Assembly: GCA_049317705.1 (NCBI GenBank)
Contig: JBMOHT010000049.1
Coordinates: forward strand, 1 to 23,144
From: Bacteroidota bacterium
GTDB taxonomy: Bacteria > Bacteroidota > Ignavibacteria > UBA10030 > UBA8401
Direction of reading: 5' to 3'
Length of the DNA stretch: 23,144 bases
The notes beneath the pieces were generated by a model, which was not told the DNA's origin, did no database searches, and was given only the letters and a program-made list of their open reading frames with translations. Position numbers and translations under genes: made by a program. Positions 10,101-16,234 of the stretch are shown here, in pieces. How positions within the stretch are numbered: the stretch's first letter is position 1; every line of letters begins with the position of its first letter.

Positions 10101-12781
10101 TTCTTCCCGAGAAACTGTTCCGGAGGGATATACAGATCGGACTTATTCGTGACACGACAGTCCAAGAAAATACCCGATCGGGTTATACGGAACATCAGAT
10201 CGGGCACGGCATCCACAATAGCCTTATTCTCCTCTTCACTCCGGCGCAGATCCTCTTCGCTACGAAGCCGCTCAGTGATGTCGCGGATCGTCACGATGAT
10301 ACCCTCGGGACCGTGATTGGTGTCGAACAGTGCCGAACAACGGATCTCGGACTGGAACGACTTTCCGTCTTTTTTCAACAATGCCGCTGATACATCGGTC
10401 AATGTCTTTTTTTCAAAGATATGATCGAACACCGCTTTCCCCGTCAACCGGTCATCCTCCGTGAACAGGTCCAGAGCACTCAATCCGAGCATCTCATCAT
10501 TGGAACCGTAACCGAACAGCTTCATACACTCGAAATTCACCAACGCGAGAGAGCCGGCTTTATCGAAGAATGCAATGGCATCCGGAGAGGATTCGATCAA
10601 CGCTCTGTTGCGTTCCTCGATCTGATGGAGGAGCTGTTCGGTCTTTTTTCGTTCCGTAATGTCGCGGGTAACGCCGATAATAACACTCTTATTATTCCAT
10701 GTTCCCAATGCGATACTGGTTTCCACATCGATGCGGTGACCGGATTTGGATATCAATGGGACGGGGCAATACTTCGTTTGTCCCGCGATCATCTCCCCCA
10801 CGATCCTCAATGCTTCCTCCCTCCGTTCGGGAACATGCAACTCGATAACATTCATCGTCCGGAGTTCTTCGATGGAAAATCCCAGCCGTTCCAGCACCAC
10901 TTTGTTCACCTCGAGAATCGTACCTTTTTCGTCCAGCACGAACATAAAATCGTTGATCGAATTGAACAACGCATTGACATTCCTCTGATTCTGGCGAAGG
11001 GATTCTTCGATGCGTTGAGAATAGATCGCTTTTCCGATCTCTTCCGCGATCGAATTCAGGATCCTTCGATCGTCGGGAGTGAACGGACGATACCGTTTCG
11101 TAGCGATATTGATCGAACCACCGACGGATTTGCCGACAAAGAACGGAATGATAGCGGCCGACGTGAATCCGAACTTTTTTCCTTTCGTCGTCTCGGAGTA
11201 TATCGGCTGCCCCTTGATAAGCACCGTTGTGTACGGTTCAGCGGTCAACGGAATTACTGAGACCTCCTTGATGAATTCTTCGGGAAGGTTGATGGATGTA
11301 TGAAGGACGCCGGAGTTCTTTTCGCGATCGATGAGATAGATACCTCCGCCGTCGAAACTGAACAGATTCAGTGTCAATTCAAGATAACGATGCAGCAGAT
11401 CGGCGGACGACGACGTATGTTCGAGTGTATCGTTAAGGACGGTGGCAAATTCGATCCTTTCGGAAAGAAGACGGTATTTATATTCGATCTCTTTCGGTTC
11501 TGAAATGTCCGAGCAGGAACCGATGAATCCGAAAAATTCGTTCGTCGGAGAATACTTCGGAACAGCATTGATCTGGATCCACCGATAGGAGCCGTCATAC
11601 CTCAGCAGGCGAATCTGAATGTTCATTGGTCTTCGCGCTTCAAAGCAGGAATGAAATACCTGTTCGAAATTCTCTTTGTCGCCCAATTGAATGGAACCGA
11701 ACCATCCATCCTCACATTCCTGTGCGAACGAATGTCCGGTAAAATCGAGCCAGCTCTTATTGAAGAAGTTAAATTTCTGCGACTGATCGGTCATCCACAT
11801 CATCACCGGAACACTCTCAACCACACTATGAAAAAGGTTCTCGCTCTCCAGTAATTGTTTATCCTGTCTGAACCGTTCAATGGCATTGATGATCGAGTCA
11901 CCAAGAAGACGGAGCAGGTCCATCGTTTCGTCAATAAATGTCCGTTCTTCCTTTACAGCATCGAAACCGATAAAGCCGACAAGACGCGATGCATAGATGA
12001 GCGGAACCACTGCGAGTGATTTGATCATCTGAGGTTCGAGGATCTCCCTCTCCGCCACCGCTTCCGGCGGAAGTTCGTCGAGTGACCTCAGCGCAATATT
12101 CTCGAACCGTTTCATCTTCCCCATCCACCACGGCAAGATCTCCGCGGGAATGCCCTGCAGATTTTCGATCTGCGGATCTATGCCATGTGCACACCATTCA
12201 TGAGTATTGTCCATGACCGTATCGTTCATGCTCAGCATAAAAATATATGAACGGTCGACATGCATCAGATCACCAATTTCGGCGAGACCAGAATTGATCT
12301 GACGGTTCAGGTCCTGAGATGATACAAGGATGAAATCTTTCGAAATACGCGAGATGGTCGCATGCAGAGTTTTATGGAACGAGACCAGCTGTTTGGCTCG
12401 GGCGTCCTCCGTGATATCCAGGAAGATCACCATGATATGATTCGTATTCCTGTCGGGAATAGTACGGATCTCGAAGATGCAGGGGTGCGTATCGACGGGG
12501 ATCTCTACGATCAGTTTATCCGATGAATCCTTTCTGTCTGTATTGACGATCAGATCTTTGATCTTTGAAGCAAGTGTAGCGGGGAAGATCTTATCCAGCG
12601 GGAGCCCGATGAGTTGTTGAAGTTGTGACTGAACGGTATCATTTTTTCCTGTAAAATACGTCCTGAGATATCCTTGAACGTCGAACCACGTTATGATCTC
12701 GGATATCCGTTGAAATTCTTTGAAAAAAATATATTCTACCGATGAGATAGACTTTCGTGCTTTAAAAATACTGTCCGCCAT
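7184..12781 (-). CDS. Giant soluble hybrid sensor histidine kinase (9 PAS/PAC + 2 GAF-like + HisKA + HATPase_c + receiver)
   Basis: 1865 aa with no TM. Nine PAC-end motifs are present: FLDITEDAR, CSDISEPKE, TRDITERKK, IRDITERLR, IRDITDRKR, LSDITQRVE, KQDITERRK, FEDITTQKQ, ISDITKSRQ. The H-box is SGIAHDMNNIL (His about aa 1507). N/G boxes are LNLCVNARDA, DSGIGI and GTGLGL (kinase core about nt 7613-8317). The C-terminal receiver has ILLVDDEE, VILDVMMPHMDG and ITKPF (about nt 7187-7546). Confidence 0.9.
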   Translation of the reverse strand: MADSIFKARKSISSVEYIFFKEFQRISEIITWFDVQGYLRTYFTGKNDTVQSQLQQLIGLPLDKIFPATLASKIKDLIVNTDRKDSSDKLIVEIPVDTHPCIFEIRTIPDRNTNHIMVIFLDITEDARAKQLVSFHKTLHATISRISKDFILVSSQDLNRQINSGLAEIGDLMHVDRSYIFMLSMNDTVMDNTHEWCAHGIDPQIENLQGIPAEILPWWMGKMKRFENIALRSLDELPPEAVAEREILEPQMIKSLAVVPLIYASRLVGFIGFDAVKEERTFIDETMDLLRLLGDSIINAIERFRQDKQLLESENLFHSVVESVPVMMWMTDQSQKFNFFNKSWLDFTGHSFAQECEDGWFGSIQLGDKENFEQVFHSCFEARRPMNIQIRLLRYDGSYRWIQINAVPKYSPTNEFFGFIGSCSDISEPKEIEYKYRLLSERIEFATVLNDTLEHTSSSADLLHRYLELTLNLFSFDGGGIYLIDREKNSGVLHTSINLPEEFIKEVSVIPLTAEPYTTVLIKGQPIYSETTKGKKFGFTSAAIIPFFVGKSVGGSINIATKRYRPFTPDDRRILNSIAEEIGKAIYSQRIEESLRQNQRNVNALFNSINDFMFVLDEKGTILEVNKVVLERLGFSIEELRTMNVIELHVPERREEALRIVGEMIAGQTKYCPVPLISKSGHRIDVETSIALGTWNNKSVIIGVTRDITERKKTEQLLHQIEERNRALIESSPDAIAFFDKAGSLALVNFECMKLFGYGSNDEMLGLSALDLFTEDDRLTGKAVFDHIFEKKTLTDVSAALLKKDGKSFQSEIRCSALFDTNHGPEGIIVTIRDITERLRSEEDLRRSEEENKAIVDAVPDLMFRITRSGIFLDCRVTNKSDLYIPPEQFLGKNIKDILPPHISDQAIASMERSFISKSMELFEYSLPMADGLRYFEDRLIALSNNEALSIIRDITDRKRAELALHENEQRLKFAFEASNDGMYDWNIEESTLFLSQRWKEMIGIENDEVSDNLSEWKDRVHPLDVDETLKKVERHINGETESYASEHRMIRKDSSIIWTLDRGKIVERNAKGMPLRMIGTLSDITQRVESEQQIKKMSVAIEQSFAMIVITDQHGTIQYVNPHFSEVTGYSQGELLGKNMRVMKSGQTSPELYSDMWKTITEGIVWQGEVINRKKNGEIYIEYDIISPIKNSLGFIENFIAIKQDITERRKNEAALEWNASLLQMMATSSPLGFLVVDNRDDRILYFNRRFCELWGITHLEEKMRTGAMKNNDIIPYCIPILEDPAAFAETCVPLQDPSNTAVLEDEIQFKSNSTIRRFSTQIVGEHGQYFGRFYIFEDITTQKQAEQLLKEREQLTTQRLTLAEGRIKDMSFYLDQASDAIVVTDLDESIVYTNDSVEQLYGYSKDELNSKALSGFFFNVSSGQNESFEMIKSGMNWEQDQEHKTKSKGNIWVHIRATIITDDSTGTRSVLYVISDITKSRQMQDQASHSQRLESIGTLASGIAHDMNNILGPILISLSYFDRVLMDDKSREINKMLKSNILRGSDLIKQILGFSRVNQQDTMVVQMKHIIRELERLINETFPKMIRAEFFPSRELFPILANPTQMHQVLLNLCVNARDAMPAGGRLEIRADNVILDEMSTHINIDAKVGPYCRITVADSGIGIPSAIIKKIYDPFFTTKEVGKGTGLGLFNVAAIIKAHKGFIVLESEVGMGTTFQIFLPATTSANINSIIEKSGDFPSGNGETILLVDDEEVIRNISKATLEDYHYKVITASNGAEALGIYASNKSEIKVVILDVMMPHMDGPSTVRAIRTMNENPHIIMMSGIHANVKVMDELGLPRENFITKPFMIDTLLKLMHQLLQP

Positions 12782-12823
12782 ACCGTCCTTAAAGTAATCA
12801 ATGATCTATTCGATCATAACTAC

Positions 12824-12839
12824 CTCAATTTTTGAGCCA
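12824..12839 (-). promoter_or_regulatory. Weak sigma54-like element TGGCTC-N5-TTGAG upstream of the giant kinase operon
   Basis: The minus strand reads TGGCTCAAAAATTGAG. GG and TTG are at canonical spacing, but -12 is GA instead of GC. The site lies about 43 nt upstream of the ATG at 12781. Confidence 0.2.
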
Positions 12840-12890
12840 CAATTATTACGGTGGAAATTGTGAAAAAACGGTGTCACCGTGTCGCCAAAC

Positions 12891-12975
12891 ATTGTCATTT
12901 GTCCACACATGTTTACATAATGACAATTGGTGTATAGTGTTCATTCGGGATATGATTGTCCGTTTACAAGACAAT
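12891..12975. promoter_or_regulatory. Cluster of four ATTGTC/GACAAT hexamers forming two inverted repeats (regulator sites or GTCAT-family repeat units)
   Basis: attgtcatt (12891-12899) pairs with aatgacaat (12919-12927), a 9-bp perfect inverted repeat with a 19-nt spacer. attgtc (12955-12960) pairs with gacaat (12970-12975) with a 9-nt spacer. Both right arms are preceded by GTTTACA. Confidence 0.35.
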
Positions 12976-13037
12976 ACATCGGAGGAAGGGAGAGCAAATA
13001 CGAAGAGAGTGACTGACCAGTTCCGTTGACGACCGAT

Positions 13038-13439
13038 TCAGTGAACCGATATTCCTTCCGGCAGCAGAAGCAGTTCGTGTCGCAAAAAATCCATCAGCAT
13101 TGATTTATCGAAGTAGGTATCCGCACCGGCCTCAAGAGCGAAATCCGCATAAAGTGCTCCCTCATAGAATGACGAAACGGCGATCCTGCCGGTGTAGGAC
13201 TGTTGACGGAGCAGTTTCACTACATCGACCAGATGCATCCCCTCGATGGAGAAGTCGATGATCAGAAGTTCGGGTGAATGTTCGGTGCAATACTGCAGCA
13301 GTTTGTCCGCGCAATGCATCGGGATCCACAGTATGTCCGAATAGAGATCATTCAGGATAGGATCGATCCGTTCGAGGAACCATGAGTTTCCGTCCGCGAT
13401 CACGACTGAATGCCGGTGTGTGTTTTGTTGTGCGTACAT
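13038..13439 (-). CDS. Single-domain response regulator (receiver only), slightly divergent acidic pocket
   Basis: 133 aa. Motifs are VVIADGN (beta1), LLIIDFSIEGM (phospho-Asp position), IAVSS (beta4 Ser) and YFDKS (Lys). It begins 3 nt after the upstream stop. Confidence 0.7.
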   Translation of the reverse strand: MYAQQNTHRHSVVIADGNSWFLERIDPILNDLYSDILWIPMHCADKLLQYCTEHSPELLIIDFSIEGMHLVDVVKLLRQQSYTGRIAVSSFYEGALYADFALEAGADTYFDKSMLMDFLRHELLLLPEGISVH

Positions 13440-13442
13440 TTG

Positions 13443-14657
13443 TCACTCCATACGGTTATGTTTAACGGACCGAAGTTCTTCCGGTCTATCCTTTGAAAGA
13501 AGCGGAATGAGGATGGAGACTGTGGTTCCATTGTTCACACTTGAATCGAACGTAATGATCCCAGCGTGGACATCTACGATCAGTTTGATGAGAGATAATC
13601 CGAGCCCCATACCGTGCTGCTGCATCGATTTCTTGTTGAACTGCATAAACTGTCCGATCTCTTCCAACTGCGGCTGCGACATACCGCAACCGTTATCCTT
13701 CACCGTGATGCGCACGACCGGACCCTCGCATTTTACCTGAAGTGAGATGAGACTGTCTTCCGGAGAGAATTTCAGTGCATTGTCCACGACCTCACTGATA
13801 ACCTTCTCCAGGTATTCCGCGGAGATGCAGATATTGGAGTCAAGATCGATCGTGGTGGTAAGACAATGTTCCCGAACATATTTTCGTGCGGTATTCCGTG
13901 CGACACTCTCGATGAGCAAACCCGCATCGTACTGGAGTTTTTCCTTTGAGAATTTCGCAATGACATTCTGATGCGTGAGAAGATAAGTATAGATTGAGAT
14001 TTTTTCGAAGATGGCTTGAAGCTGGCTTGCCCCTTTCGAAATGGAAGAACCGATACGTTTCAGTTTATGCTGGTCGATATCCTTCGTCAGTTCCGTGAGA
14101 ATGAATGAGTTTCCCGAAATAATATGGAGCGGATTGTATAGTTCGGACGGGAACACCTTCTGGATACTCTCCCGGAGTGTATCCAGGCGCTCCTCGGCAT
14201 ATTTTTTGATACGCATCAGGCGCTCTTCCTGGGCATAGAACACATTAATGAGATCCTCCACGGCAAACGGCTTCTCAAGAATATCCTCCGCACCGAGCCA
14301 CATAGCCCTCCGCACAACGAACGTATCAACTAATCCGGACATGAGAATGAACGGCACCATGGAATATCTTTCGTTGACATGGATCTCCTGAAGCAGATCA
14401 AAACCGCTTTTTCCATCCATGTGGATATCGCAGAGGATCAGGTCGATCTTCTTGTCGTGATACTCATCGAGGGAATTCTTGCCGTTGCTCAGAAAGACGA
14501 CATATTTACGCTCGATGAGTTCCAACTCCAGCGACTTCAGCCAAAATTCGTCATCATCGATAATCAAAATATTATTGATCAATCTTGTCTCCGTAGAGAA
14601 TCGATGCTCCATCTGGACAGATGGTTCGTGCTTCAAGGGAAGAAATTGAGAGATCAT
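13443..14657 (-). CDS. Receiver-histidine-kinase hybrid with Ser at the canonical phospho-His position
   Basis: 404 aa. Receiver motifs are ILIIDDDE, LILCDIHMDGKSG and ILEKPF. The DHp motif is VFPSELYNPLHIISG, against the canonical (S/P)HELRTPL. The CA domain is intact: DNALKF, DNGCGM, FMQF, GMGLGL. The start overlaps the upstream stop (ATGA 14654-14657). Confidence 0.8.
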   Translation of the reverse strand: MISQFLPLKHEPSVQMEHRFSTETRLINNILIIDDDEFWLKSLELELIERKYVVFLSNGKNSLDEYHDKKIDLILCDIHMDGKSGFDLLQEIHVNERYSMVPFILMSGLVDTFVVRRAMWLGAEDILEKPFAVEDLINVFYAQEERLMRIKKYAEERLDTLRESIQKVFPSELYNPLHIISGNSFILTELTKDIDQHKLKRIGSSISKGASQLQAIFEKISIYTYLLTHQNVIAKFSKEKLQYDAGLLIESVARNTARKYVREHCLTTTIDLDSNICISAEYLEKVISEVVDNALKFSPEDSLISLQVKCEGPVVRITVKDNGCGMSQPQLEEIGQFMQFNKKSMQQHGMGLGLSLIKLIVDVHAGIITFDSSVNNGTTVSILIPLLSKDRPEELRSVKHNRME

Positions 14658-15127
14658 ATATACCTATCGATTGAATGGTGTTCCGGAGTGGTTGCATGAT
14701 ACATATTTACGTGATGCGTTTGCTCCGGGACAGTCTGTGTGCGTATGTATTCCATGAGTAGTTGAATCCGTTCGATCACATCGCTTTTGCGGAGGAACCG
14801 AACGTATGAAAAATGTTCCTGTGAATTGAGTGCCTCGTTGGGTTCATCGAGTAAAAGAATGAACTGCAGATCGGGATGGTATCTCCTCAATTCATAAGAC
14901 TTATTGAGGATCCTTTTGATGTTTTCCGAACCTTCCAGCATGATCATGGAGACTTTCTTCTGCTGGAGCCGGGGCATAGCCGCGATGAGCATATCCGCTG
15001 TCATCTCTTCCGCCGTCATGTTCACAAATTTAAAGAACCGTTCGAGCGGATAGTTCAGGTCGTTATCACTGCAGACAACAATTACATTATCCGTGAACTC
15101 ATTTTCTCTTAATATTTGATTTTTCAT
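14654..15127 (-). CDS. Hypothetical protein with receiver-like (CheY-fold) spacing but Glu at the phospho-acceptor position (pseudo-receiver)
   Basis: 157 aa. Motifs are VIVVCSDND (D21/D23), MIMLEGS (E65), FILLLDEP (about aa 93-94) and FLRKS (K114). The spacings of 42-44, 28-29 and 20 aa match the D-D-T-K spacing of receiver domains. Confidence 0.45.
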   Translation of the reverse strand: MKNQILRENEFTDNVIVVCSDNDLNYPLERFFKFVNMTAEEMTADMLIAAMPRLQQKKVSMIMLEGSENIKRILNKSYELRRYHPDLQFILLLDEPNEALNSQEHFSYVRFLRKSDVIERIQLLMEYIRTQTVPEQTHHVNMYHATTPEHHSIDRYI

Positions 15128-15181
15128 TTTATGTTCCCCATGCGAACATGAAGTTCAACACCTATCTCTGACCACACCATA

Positions 15182-15197
15182 TCCAAACAATATGCCA
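15182..15197 (-). promoter_or_regulatory. Sigma54-like element TGGCAT-N5-TTGGA upstream of the pseudo-receiver/RR-HK/RR operon
   Basis: The minus strand reads TGGCATATTGTTTGGA. GG and TTG are at canonical spacing, but -12 is GG instead of GC. The site lies about 55 nt upstream of the ATG at 15127. Confidence 0.25.
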
Positions 15198-15304
15198 ATC
15201 GATAATCACGATTTTGCCTTGGTTTTTGGTACTTTTATATCCTGGTCCGATAATTCGGGAAACGTTCGTTTCGTTCGGTGAACTTTCATTTCCCTGTATT
15301 GCCG

Positions 15305-15316
15305 GTGTTCGAACAC
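15305..15316. promoter_or_regulatory. Perfect 12-bp palindrome GTGTTCGAACAC (possible dimeric regulator site)
   Basis: The sequence is self-complementary and has no loop. It lies 11 nt downstream of the HTH-gene stop and about 110 bp upstream of the sigma54-like element at 15182-15197. Confidence 0.3.
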
Positions 15317-15326
15317 GCACACAAGA

Positions 15327-16187
15327 TCATTCCAATACGGCAGGTTCCATCTGCCGGCAGGTGATCCGTACATTCTCAAGGTCAATGTCCTGTTCCGCGA
15401 ATGATTCCAACGTTCCGCACAGAAACAGCATATCGCGGTCCTCTGCGATCCGTTCCAGCGCGTTGATATCACTCCGCATTGTTCCACTATTCAGTGAATG
15501 TTTCATGATGCAGAGCATCATATTCGAACTGCTTCTGGCGATCCATTGTTCAACTGCGGGCCACGAAGGCACCAGTCCGAGATTCACCACCAGATACCCG
15601 GAGGTATCGAACTTCGATTCAAGAATTCTGAGCTGATGTTCAAGGGTTTGTTCGAACGTGAAGATAACGACAACGGAATTCTTCGAACTTTGCCGGTCCA
15701 TACGGTCACAAAAAGAAGTGAACGCGTTGCTGATGGAATTCTTTGCAATTCTTCCTTGCGATGTGTCGATCGTGCCGAATCCCTCCATCCGATCCAATTT
15801 CTTCAGTACAGGTACGACTACTTCCATAAGGATATCCTTTTGAAGCAGATCCCCGTTGTAGAGAAGGATAAGGAGGTCCAAGATCTCCGGCTTGTTGCCG
15901 CGCAGCGCCGAAGCGAACAAGACCGAGCGGAATGTATTGAGTTCATTCCTTCGTACCATGTCCCGGATGACCGCAGAATCGCCGTTTGATATATGTTCAT
16001 TTCCCTTCGGTCCTGAACGGTGGCTCTGCTTCGCAGCAAATTCCACTATGTGGGAGTAGGAAAATTTGCGGTGATGCCCGACCGTGCAGATACAACTGAT
16101 CTTTCCGCTGTCGGACCAGCGTTTGACGGTGGACTTGCTCACATTCAGCATCTTTGCGACCTCTTCGGTCGTCATATTCTTCTGCAT
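15327..16187 (-). CDS. DNA-binding protein: excisionase/MerR-superfamily HTH + helical bundle + degenerate B12-binding-like Rossmann domain (CarH/LitR-like architecture)
   Basis: 286 aa. The N-terminal HTH is TTEEVAKMLNVSKSTVKRWSDSGKISCICTVGHHRKF. The middle segment VVVPVLKKLDRMEGFGTIDTSQGRIAKNSI follows the P.L..vG..W..G.i...EH.a pattern with W and EH replaced. The C-terminal VVVIFTFEQTLEHQLRILESKFDTSGYLVVNLGLVPSWPAVEQWI resembles a B12-binding domain, with the His kept but the DxHxxG context lost. Confidence 0.6.
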   Translation of the reverse strand: MQKNMTTEEVAKMLNVSKSTVKRWSDSGKISCICTVGHHRKFSYSHIVEFAAKQSHRSGPKGNEHISNGDSAVIRDMVRRNELNTFRSVLFASALRGNKPEILDLLILLYNGDLLQKDILMEVVVPVLKKLDRMEGFGTIDTSQGRIAKNSISNAFTSFCDRMDRQSSKNSVVVIFTFEQTLEHQLRILESKFDTSGYLVVNLGLVPSWPAVEQWIARSSSNMMLCIMKHSLNSGTMRSDINALERIAEDRDMLFLCGTLESFAEQDIDLENVRITCRQMEPAVLE

Positions 16188-16234
16188 AATTATTTCATTC
16201 TTTCGTGGCCGAGTGAGGCGATCAGTTTCTGTGA

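Noticed and set aside
12863-12880. Minus-strand ACGG-tgaca-CCGT followed by T6 as terminator of the 133-aa receiver operon
   Set aside because: The stem is only 4 bp, too weak to call an intrinsic terminator with confidence. It is kept only as a remote possibility.
15206-15487. 93-aa minus-strand ORF spanning the HTH-gene 3' end and the downstream intergenic region
   Set aside because: It overlaps the well-supported 286-aa CDS in another frame. Its sequence is Cys/Arg/Trp-rich and shows no motifs.
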